Positions 44,289 to 51,945 of a stretch of DNA of 64,000 nt are shown piece after piece; position 1 is the first letter of the stretch, and each line of letters starts with the position of its first letter. A program made the position numbers and the translations under genes. Under the pieces are notes generated by a model. It was not told the origin of the DNA, did not search any database, and worked only from the letters and a program-made list of their open reading frames with translations. This stretch comes from Myxococcales bacterium. GTDB lineage: Bacteria > Myxococcota_A > Bradymonadia > UBA7976 > UBA1532. The stretch spans positions 745-64,744 of the forward strand of contig SHZC01000005.1 in assembly GCA_009692505.1 (NCBI GenBank). The letters are read 5' to 3'.

Positions 44289-46493
44289 GTGGCGCCGCTC
44301 CTGCCCTTGACCTTGGCGTTCATCGCCGGCGTGAGCCTGCCCGTCGGGCTTACGCTCGCGCTCGTGGCGCTGCTCTTGATGGCGTCGCGCCTTCGCCGCA
44401 GCTCCGCCTGGGCGCAAATCGCGCTCTTCATGGTCGGGGGGATCGTGGCCGCGACCGCCCGGAGCGCGTTCGAGTCGGACCTGCCGGAGCCCACGCGAGG
44501 GGTCTTCGAGGGTGAGGTCGTCGCGCTCTCCCTGGCCGGCGAGCGGGCTTTCGTCACCTTCGAGCCTTCTACCTTTCCGGGTCTGGGTCTGAGAGTCGCC
44601 CTGGATCTGCCCGGTCCCGAGTGGGGCAAAGGGGCGCGTGTCTACTTCGTCGGAGACCTGCGGCGGCCGGACCCCGCCGACGTTCAGGGTCAGATGGATC
44701 TGCGCGAGTGGTCGACCACTCGGCGCATCGGCTTTGTGGGCGTCGGCCGGCTCTTTCTGCGGCGAGAGGCCCCGTGGTTCTCCTCGCTCATCGTCGCCGC
44801 GCGGCTGGCCTGCAAGGACGCCCTCGACGCTCAAGCCGAGGTCGAGGGCGCCGCGATCTTGCGAGGGCTCTTGCTCGGCGATCCACGAGGGCTGTCGGCG
44901 GCCACGGCGCGCGCGTTCGAGGACACGGGCACGGGCCACCTCCTCTCCGTGAGCGGGATCCACGTCGCTGGGTTGGCGACCATGGTGTACCTGCTCGTCA
45001 CCAGGGTCTGCCGCCGCTTGGGCCTTGGGCGAGCTTCGTTGTATGGGGCCCTCTTCGCCGTGCCCGCGGCGTTCGCCTTCGTACTGCTCTCGCAGTTCCC
45101 TCTCGCGGGCGTTCGCGCCGCCACCATGACCGCCGTGGCTCTCCTCGCCCGGGCGAGCGGGCGCCCAACCGTCGGCGCGAACCTGCTCGCCTTGTCCGCG
45201 CTCGTCGTCTGCCTCGAGGACCCCCACGTGATCCACGAGCCGGCGTTCCAGCTCTCATTCATCGCCGTCGCCGCCCTCGTGCTCGAGCCCCGAGTCCGCG
45301 GCCTCGCCGGTCTCTTTTGGTGCAGCGTCGTGGTCTCTGCGGCCACGGCGGGTGTGCAGTGCGCCTGGTTCGGCACCTTTGCCCCGAGCGGCGTGGTCGC
45401 CAACCTCCTGCTCATCCCCGCAGCCTCCGTCGTGCTCGTCCCTCTCGGAGCGTTGGGCCTGGTCGTCTCGGCGGTCACCCCTCTGCCGCTCTGGGTCGCC
45501 TCACACCTCGCGCTCCTCTTCGTCGCCTTCGCCGAGACCCTCGCGTCCCTGCTCGGCGGCCTCTGGGTCGTCGGGTGCGCCGGCGCGCCGCTTCTGGGTC
45601 TGCCCTTCGTCGCGCTGTGGGGTTTCCGGTGGTTCAAGGTGGTCGGCCTCGCCGTGCCGACGCTCGTGGCCTTGGGCCTGTCGACCTACATCTGGCCGCC
45701 GTCGAGCAGCGTCGACTTCGTGGCGGTCGGCCAAGGAGACGCCATCCTGATTCGCTCGGAGGGCCGGGCCGCGCTCGTGGATGTCGGGCCCGACCTGGGT
45801 GCCCGAGCGCTCCGCGCGCACCTTCGGGCCGTCGGAGTCAGCCGGCTCGACTGGGTCTTGCTCACGCATGGGCACGCCGACCACGTCGCGGGACTTCAAG
45901 CGATCCTCGGATCGACGAGCGTCGGCCTGGTCCTCGCTCGGCCCATGCGGGTCTTTGACCGGCACTGGTCGCCGGTCCGTCGGGCCTTGTCCCCGACCGG
46001 GCACACCCTCAGCGAAACCGAGCGGATGCCAACGAGCCTCGGCAGCTTTCAGCTCGACCTCGAGCCCCCCTTGCCCTCACCAAAGACCGAGAACGACGCC
46101 TCCGTGGTCCTCACTGTCTCCGGCGCGGCCCACCGCCTCCTGCTCACCGGGGATCTCGGTCCCGAGGCGGAGTTCGCGCTCCTTCGACGACCCCGGGCGA
46201 CGATCGCGGCCTTGAAGGCCCCCCACCACGGCAGCGGCAAGAGCGCGACAAAGGCTCTGCTCGACGCGCTACGTCCACGTTTGGTCGTCGTCACCGCCGG
46301 TCGACACAATCGGTTCGAGTTCCCTCGGCCGGAGATGGTGCGGCGCGTACTTGAGAGCGGTGCGTCGCTTAACGGCACTCATGCCCAAGGCACACTTCGG
46401 CTCACCCTCGACGAGGGTCTGGAGCTCACCTCCACGGTCGGTGTGCCGATCGCTCAGGAGACCCGCTTGCGCGATGACGGTCTCGACAGGTAG
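44289..46493 (+). CDS. comEC: ComEC/Rec2 family DNA internalization protein with metallo-beta-lactamase domain
   Basis: The core is polytopic. The C-terminal region contains DFVAVGQGDAILI...LLTHGHADHVAGL...LKAPHHGS. Confidence 0.85.
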   Translation: MAPLLPLTLAFIAGVSLPVGLTLALVALLLMASRLRRSSAWAQIALFMVGGIVAATARSAFESDLPEPTRGVFEGEVVALSLAGERAFVTFEPSTFPGLGLRVALDLPGPEWGKGARVYFVGDLRRPDPADVQGQMDLREWSTTRRIGFVGVGRLFLRREAPWFSSLIVAARLACKDALDAQAEVEGAAILRGLLLGDPRGLSAATARAFEDTGTGHLLSVSGIHVAGLATMVYLLVTRVCRRLGLGRASLYGALFAVPAAFAFVLLSQFPLAGVRAATMTAVALLARASGRPTVGANLLALSALVVCLEDPHVIHEPAFQLSFIAVAALVLEPRVRGLAGLFWCSVVVSAATAGVQCAWFGTFAPSGVVANLLLIPAASVVLVPLGALGLVVSAVTPLPLWVASHLALLFVAFAETLASLLGGLWVVGCAGAPLLGLPFVALWGFRWFKVVGLAVPTLVALGLSTYIWPPSSSVDFVAVGQGDAILIRSEGRAALVDVGPDLGARALRAHLRAVGVSRLDWVLLTHGHADHVAGLQAILGSTSVGLVLARPMRVFDRHWSPVRRALSPTGHTLSETERMPTSLGSFQLDLEPPLPSPKTENDASVVLTVSGAAHRLLLTGDLGPEAEFALLRRPRATIAALKAPHHGSGKSATKALLDALRPRLVVVTAGRHNRFEFPRPEMVRRVLESGASLNGTHAQGTLRLTLDEGLELTSTVGVPIAQETRLRDDGLDR

Positions 46494-46500
46494 CACGTCG

Positions 46501-47289
46501 ATGATGACCCCCGCCGTAGTTCGATTCACCTTGACCCAGCCCGACGGTCGAGTGGCGGTGCTCCGCTTCGCCAAGGCCCTCATTCGAATCGGACGCGCCC
46601 TGGACAACGACGTTGTCTGCGAGGCACCCGAAGTCAGCGCCCGACACGCCGAGCTCCACGTCGTCGACCGAAGACTGACGCTCGTTGATCTCGGGAGCCG
46701 ACAGGGTCTCTGGCTGGGGCCGACGCGGCTGCCCGCAGGTCTGGGCGTCGATTTCACTGCGGGCTCGACCGTACAACTCGGCCCCTTGAGGTTGTGCATC
46801 GAGCTCGACGACGAAGGCGGCATGACCACGGCGTCGACCGAGCGCGAGCGCCGACTCCGCGATGGGACCGAGTTGCTCTCAGCCGAGCGGGCCCTCGCCG
46901 TCGAGCTCCGGGTGATTGGGGGGCCAAGATTGGGGGCCTCCTTCGTCGTCGGGCCTTCACCGTTCATCATCGGGGCTTCGGTTGACGCCCACCTTGCCCT
47001 CGACGGCGCCGCGTTCCCCGAGGTCGAGGCCGTGCTCGTCGTCGAAGGGCTCTCGGGCGCGCTCGTGCTCCAGCAGCATGGACAGACTCATGTGCTCGTT
47101 CCGGGCCTGCCCTTCACGGTGGGCCCACTGCTGCTCGTCGTCGATCCGCCGCCCCGTCGAGGCCGAACGGTGCCCGAGGTCTTGAACGATCCGGTGAAGG
47201 CCTCCGGCCTCGTCCCCCTCGCCCTTGGGCTCGCGCTCGCCGTGGCCATCTGGGCGGTCTCCCGACTCCTCGGCGCCGAGCTCCCCTGA
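46501..47289 (+). CDS. FHA-domain protein with C-terminal TM anchor
   Basis: The FHA pattern is IRIGRALDNDVVCEAPEVSARHAELHVVDRRLTLVDLGSRQGLW, and the anchor is GLVPLALGLALAVAIWAV. The ATG lies 8 nt after the comEC stop. Confidence 0.7.
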   Translation: MMTPAVVRFTLTQPDGRVAVLRFAKALIRIGRALDNDVVCEAPEVSARHAELHVVDRRLTLVDLGSRQGLWLGPTRLPAGLGVDFTAGSTVQLGPLRLCIELDDEGGMTTASTERERRLRDGTELLSAERALAVELRVIGGPRLGASFVVGPSPFIIGASVDAHLALDGAAFPEVEAVLVVEGLSGALVLQQHGQTHVLVPGLPFTVGPLLLVVDPPPRRGRTVPEVLNDPVKASGLVPLALGLALAVAIWAVSRLLGAELP

Positions 47290-47292
47290 TTT

Positions 47293-47586
47293 TTAGAGCA
47301 GGGTCGTCAAGAAGTAGACCATCATCATGAGCGCCAAGACGACCACCGCGAAGACCTCGACGCGCACGCGAAAGCCCCCGACGAGATCAATCTTTCGACC
47401 CCGCCTCAGACGCAGACGTCGCCGAGATTTGACCAGCAGATCAGCCGGGGCCGGACGGCGGGGCAGGCTGCGGGCGAGGCTGCGACCGGCGCGGGCATGA
47501 TCGAGCGCGGCGCGAAGCTGAGGGTCCACGGCATCATCGTCGTCGTCGACGAGCTCGGCTGCGCGCCTTTCTTCATCTTCGGTCAT
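47293..47586 (-). CDS. small membrane protein, candidate anti-sigma factor
   Basis: It lies immediately downstream of the ECF sigma gene with an ATGA overlap and has a C-terminal TM segment (VFAVVVLALMMMVYFLTTLL). There is no zinc-finger motif. Confidence 0.45.
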   Translation of the reverse strand: MTEDEERRAAELVDDDDDAVDPQLRAALDHARAGRSLARSLPRRPAPADLLVKSRRRLRLRRGRKIDLVGGFRVRVEVFAVVVLALMMMVYFLTTLL

Positions 47587-48185
47587 CTTGTCGACCCTCC
47601 CTCTGCCTCAAACGCCGCCTTCAGGGCGACGCGGGCCCGGTGCAATCTGGACTTCACCGTGCCTTCGGCCAAGCCTGTGATATCGACGATCTCAGCGTAG
47701 CTCAGACCCTCGATGTCGCGCAGCACAAGCACCTCTCGAGCGTCCGGCTCCAGCCGTGCGAGCGACCGCTGGACGCGCCGCTCGGTCTCAAGGCCCGCCA
47801 TCGCCTCGTCGGGCAGGGGCCCAGGTTCGCCCATGCTGTGACCGGCCGCCGCGTTGTCGCGCAGCGTCGCCTCCGGCACATCCTCGAAGCGATCGGCCGC
47901 GTCGTATCGGCGGCGTTCGAGGTACTTCGCACGATTACGAGAGAGGTTGATGGCGATGCGGTACAGCCAGGTCGAAAGCCTCGACGCGCCCCGAAACTCG
48001 CCGATGGACAAGAAGCACCGCACGAACGTGTCCTGGGCCAGATCCTCGGCCTCCGCCGGGCTCCTCGAGAGCCTAAGGCAGAGGTTGTAGATCACGCCTT
48101 GATGCCGAAGGACCATCTCGGAGAACGCGCGGTCGTCCCGCTTGCGGAGTCGGGCGACGAGCTGATTTTCCTCGAGGAGGTTCAA
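47583..48185 (-). CDS. ECF-type RNA polymerase sigma factor
   Basis: Region 2 (DLAQDTFVRCF...STWLYRIAINLSRN) and region 4 (LVLRDIEGLSYAEIVDITGLAEGTVKSRLHRAR) are present. I prefer the TTG start at 48185 (a GGAG lies 10 nt upstream). The maximal ORF extends to 48263. Confidence 0.8.
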   Translation of the reverse strand: MNLLEENQLVARLRKRDDRAFSEMVLRHQGVIYNLCLRLSRSPAEAEDLAQDTFVRCFLSIGEFRGASRLSTWLYRIAINLSRNRAKYLERRRYDAADRFEDVPEATLRDNAAAGHSMGEPGPLPDEAMAGLETERRVQRSLARLEPDAREVLVLRDIEGLSYAEIVDITGLAEGTVKSRLHRARVALKAAFEAEGGSTR

Positions 48186-48264
48186 GACAGGTCGACTCCA
48201 GGGCGGCGACTCGGCGCGGATGCCGCACGAACCCTGTCGGATTCCGGCGGCTATCGCCACCACT

Positions 48265-48292
48265 GTGACCCCGCCTACGGTCCGGAAGTTCC
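48265..48292 (-). promoter_or_regulatory. candidate ECF-type promoter GGAACTT-N16-GTCAC
   Basis: The minus strand reads GGAACTTccggaccgtaggcgggGTCAC, about 80 nt upstream of the preferred sigma start. Confidence 0.35.
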
Positions 48293-48342
48293 CACCTCTC
48301 TCGGTCTTGCGCCCCGAAGGTGGGGCTCCTACCGTGTGCCCA

Positions 48343-49515
48343 ATGTCCGAGACTCGTCATCTCCGCGCGGTCCTTGAGTGCCCGACCGCGCCGCTGCATG
48401 AGTCGGAGGTGATGGCGTTTATCTCCACGTTCGGCTCGCTCCGGGGCCTGTCGGAGACGCGGGACGCCTATGGCAACCTTGTGTTGACCCATGAGGGGCA
48501 CGTCGGGCTGCCCCATGAGGGGCACGTCGGGCTGCCCCATGAGGGGCACGTCGGGCTGCCCCATGAGGGGCACGCGCCGCTCACCTTCCTCGCCGCCACC
48601 GACCATCCAGGGTGCGAGATCGTGGCCGTGGCCGGGAACATCGCTGAGGCCATCTGGCACGGGGAGCTCCCGGCCGCCTCCATCGGGGACGCCCGGCTCA
48701 GGTTCTTCGGCTCCAACGTCCCCCGCGCGGCCCGGATCACGTCTCTGTCGACCCGGACCACGCCTGGGGGTGAGGTCGTCGTGGATCGTCTGCTGTTGAG
48801 CCCCGAGGGCCGGGTTCATGTCGGCGACTTCGGCGTGCTGGACTTCCCCGGTGTGTCGACGGAGGGCGAATGGCTACGCGCTCGCGGGGCGTCTCAGCTG
48901 GTGGGCACCGGCCTCCTCCTCGAGCTGCTCGATCGGCTCGTGCTTGGGCGGCTCGTTCTTGGGCGCTCGACGGCTCGTGTACAAGCCGTCTTCGTTCGCG
49001 CCTCGGTCCTCATGCACGCAGGCGCGCTCGCCGCGCTGAAGAGCGGGATCTTCTTGGCCGGGCAGTCAGTGATCTCCGTGCACGGCTGCCCGGAGCAGCC
49101 GGGGGCGAGCTGCGGGGGCGGGCCGGTCCTCCGCCTCGGGGACGCCCTGGGCCTCTACGACCCGGGCCTGTGCCGAGCCTTGGCGCAGATGGCATCAAGG
49201 CATCACTTGAGCGACGGACACCCCTTTCAGGTCGCGCACCTCCCGGTGGGTCACTCCGACGCAGGCGTGCTTGGACTCCATGGCCTGTCGACGGCGGCCA
49301 TCACCGTCCCGATTCGGGGCGACGGAGAGCTCGGACAGGGGCGGCAGCCCGAGTGGTTCTGCACGAGCGACGCGCTCGCCTGTGTCGACCTCATGGCCAC
49401 CATCATCTCGAACTGGCAGGGACCAGAGACGGCGATCCGTGTGGCGGCAGAGAGGCGCGCCTTGATCGCAGAGGCCTTTGCGGGTTCCCTGCCCCGGCTC
49501 CGGGGCGCGTCGTGA
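48343..49515 (+). CDS. M42/M20-fold peptidase-like protein, probably non-catalytic
   Basis: The layout resembles M42 (HESEVMAFI...DAYGNLVL...LAATDHPG...GPVLRLGDALGLYDPGL...SDAG). The EE and some metal-ligand positions look substituted. Confidence 0.5.
   Translation: MSETRHLRAVLECPTAPLHESEVMAFISTFGSLRGLSETRDAYGNLVLTHEGHVGLPHEGHVGLPHEGHVGLPHEGHAPLTFLAATDHPGCEIVAVAGNIAEAIWHGELPAASIGDARLRFFGSNVPRAARITSLSTRTTPGGEVVVDRLLLSPEGRVHVGDFGVLDFPGVSTEGEWLRARGASQLVGTGLLLELLDRLVLGRLVLGRSTARVQAVFVRASVLMHAGALAALKSGIFLAGQSVISVHGCPEQPGASCGGGPVLRLGDALGLYDPGLCRALAQMASRHHLSDGHPFQVAHLPVGHSDAGVLGLHGLSTAAITVPIRGDGELGQGRQPEWFCTSDALACVDLMATIISNWQGPETAIRVAAERRALIAEAFAGSLPRLRGAS
48490..48574. repeat. 3.5 x 24-bp in-frame tandem repeat (HEGHVGLP)
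   Basis: The unit catgaggggcacgtcgggctgccc starts at 48490, 48514 and 48538, with a partial copy at 48562. Confidence 0.95.
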
Positions 49516-51935
49516 ACCAGACGACACGGCTCCCCGTCGTGAGCAAGACGGCGCGATCTCTCGCCGTAAGCAAGACGGCGCGCCTCCTCGCCACCTTGGC
49601 CGTTGGGGCAACGGTCGCTGTCTGCGCCACGAGCTTCGCCTCGAGGCCGCTGGTCGCGCCTGCCCCGGTCGGCGTGGCGGATTTGGCCTCACGGCCGCTC
49701 GAGCCCAGCGGGCCGGAGCGGCCCCCGGCTGCGGGGTTTCGTCGGATCTCCGACGCTGATCTGCGCGCCCTCTCGCTCGGCCCCCAGGACAAGGCCGCCC
49801 GCGACGCGCTCGCTCAGGGTCGCTTCGCGGACGCGGCCCGATCCATCGCCGCGACCTCGCCGGAGCAGCGGTTCGCCCAAGCCTATAGCGCCTCACGGGC
49901 CTCGGACTTCGAGAGGGTCAAGGACGTCCTCTCGGGTCCGCAGGACTTCGGCGTCCTCTCCGCCGACGTTCGTCTGCTGCTCGCGGAGGCCGAGGTGGAG
50001 CTCGGGCACGCCGACACCGGCTTGAGCCTCGTCGCCCTTGAGACCTCCGGCTTGGGGCGTCGACTTCGGCTCCGTGCCCTGCGTGAGGTCGGGCGGCTCG
50101 TCGACGCTCGGGCCGTCGCGTCTGCGCTTGTGGCTTCGGGCCTCCCCGACGACGTCGCCTACGGGCTCCTTCAGCTCGCCACGCTCGAGGTCCTCGAAGG
50201 GCAGCGCGCCAAAGCTCTGCCCCACCTTCGCCGGCTCGACGTCGAGTCTCCGCTGCATGGCTTCGCCGCCCGGGGGCGCAAGCTCGCGCTGGAGCTCATC
50301 GAGGCCTCGCCGTCTCTCGCCGCGGCCTACGAATCCCGCACGCCCGTCGAGGTCCTGACGCGCGGGGAGAAGCTGCTCGACGCGCACCAAAACGCGGACG
50401 CCGTGACGGAGCTCTCCTCGCTATCAGGCGTGACCCTTCGCGGGGCCGAGCTGTGTAAACATCGCTACCTGCTCGGGCGGGCCCATCGCAAAGCACGCCA
50501 GTGGAAAGACGCCCTCGGAGTCCTCACTGAGGCCGTGACGACCTGCAAGAAGGCGGCGAGCGACCTCGAACCCTGGGCGCTCTTTCAGTTCGGGGCCGTT
50601 CAGGAGCGCCTCTCCAAAGAGGACGCCGCCGCCGCGACGTATACCTCCCTGATCGAGCACCACGGGCAGCACTCTTTGGCCGACGACGCCGGCTTCTTCC
50701 TCGTGCGCCACACCCTCGACGACAAGAAGGACTTCAAGGCCGCGCGACGCCTCGCCGAGCGACTCGTCCGGGAGCACCCGACGGGAGATCTCGTCGAGGA
50801 GGCCGTCTTCTTCGTCGTCGTCGCCGCGCTCGTCGACGGTCGTTGGGACGACGCAGCGGAGGTCATGGCCCTCTACGACCGCCTGCCGCGCCCCGACTTT
50901 CGGGATCACGACGCCGGTCGCACGTCGTACTGGCGTGGTCGAATCGCCGAGCACGCCGGTCGCGCCGCCCTCGCCTCGGCCCACTACACCTCCGTCCTGT
51001 CGACGTACCCGCTCGGCTGGTACTCGCTGTTGTCCTATGCACGCCTGCGGGAGGCCGATCCAAAGTCCGCGCGCGTCGCCTTTCGACGCGCCATGACCAC
51101 CGACGTCGACCGGCCCTCCCTGCCTGGGATCGACCCGAGCCACTTCGCCTTCGATCTCCCAGCTGGACCGCCCCTTGAGCGCGCCCTCCTCCTGACGCGC
51201 CTCGGTCTGGCCACGGCGGCCCGTGAGGCGCTCGGCCCGCTCTCCGAGTCTGCGGATCCGTTCTTCCTGCCCTTCGCGCTTGATCGGGCCGGGTTTTATC
51301 GGGAGAGCCACGATCTGCTTCGACGGCAGCTCGACGTCTTCCGACGTTTCACGCCGAGCGGTAGCGGGCGCAACCTCTGGACCATCGCGTTTCCGGCGCC
51401 CCATCGGGACCTCGTCGATCGGCACGCGAAGTCGGCCGGCATCCCCCCCGCGTTCGCCTGGGCCATCATGCGGGAGGAGAGCGGCTTCAACCTGGCCATC
51501 GAGTCTTCGGCCAACGCCATGGGCCTCATGCAGCTCATCGTGCCCACCGCCAAGCGCACGGCTCAGATGCTGAAGCTCGACCCCGAGACGGTTGATCGTG
51601 CGGCCCTGACGGACCCCGACTTGAACATCCGCCTCGGGACCCGCTACCTCGCTTACGTGCAGGAGCGCGCGGGGGGCAAGAACGCCTTACCTCTGCTCCC
51701 AGCGGGCTACAACGCGGGTGAGGGCGCGCTCTTGCGCTGGCTCGGTCAACGCGGCGGGCTGCCGATGGACCTCTTCGTCGAGACGATCCCGTTCGAGGAG
51801 GCCCGCTGGTATACGAAGCGCGTGGTCGCCTCGTATGCCGTCTACCGCTACCTGTATTTTGGGGGCGAGACCGCAGATGACCCCGTCCCGTACTTCGGCC
51901 AGAAGCTACCGAGGCCCGAAGGAAAGGGACGTTGA
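49512..51935 (+). CDS. soluble lytic transglycosylase (Slt70-like) with superhelical N-terminal domain
   Basis: The C-terminal SLT motif is AWAIMREESGFNLAIESSANAMGLMQL...YNAG. The GTG start overlaps the upstream stop (GTGA). Confidence 0.8.
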   Translation: MNQTTRLPVVSKTARSLAVSKTARLLATLAVGATVAVCATSFASRPLVAPAPVGVADLASRPLEPSGPERPPAAGFRRISDADLRALSLGPQDKAARDALAQGRFADAARSIAATSPEQRFAQAYSASRASDFERVKDVLSGPQDFGVLSADVRLLLAEAEVELGHADTGLSLVALETSGLGRRLRLRALREVGRLVDARAVASALVASGLPDDVAYGLLQLATLEVLEGQRAKALPHLRRLDVESPLHGFAARGRKLALELIEASPSLAAAYESRTPVEVLTRGEKLLDAHQNADAVTELSSLSGVTLRGAELCKHRYLLGRAHRKARQWKDALGVLTEAVTTCKKAASDLEPWALFQFGAVQERLSKEDAAAATYTSLIEHHGQHSLADDAGFFLVRHTLDDKKDFKAARRLAERLVREHPTGDLVEEAVFFVVVAALVDGRWDDAAEVMALYDRLPRPDFRDHDAGRTSYWRGRIAEHAGRAALASAHYTSVLSTYPLGWYSLLSYARLREADPKSARVAFRRAMTTDVDRPSLPGIDPSHFAFDLPAGPPLERALLLTRLGLATAAREALGPLSESADPFFLPFALDRAGFYRESHDLLRRQLDVFRRFTPSGSGRNLWTIAFPAPHRDLVDRHAKSAGIPPAFAWAIMREESGFNLAIESSANAMGLMQLIVPTAKRTAQMLKLDPETVDRAALTDPDLNIRLGTRYLAYVQERAGGKNALPLLPAGYNAGEGALLRWLGQRGGLPMDLFVETIPFEEARWYTKRVVASYAVYRYLYFGGETADDPVPYFGQKLPRPEGKGR

Positions 51936-51945
51936 GCCGGGGTTC

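Noticed and set aside
44196-45958. ORFs 44196-45236 (minus) and 44621-45958 (plus, alternative frame).
   Set aside because: They overlap ComEC. Their Arg/Pro/Gly-rich translations are typical of off-frame high-GC sequence, whereas the ComEC frame gives a polytopic membrane profile plus a beta-lactamase motif.
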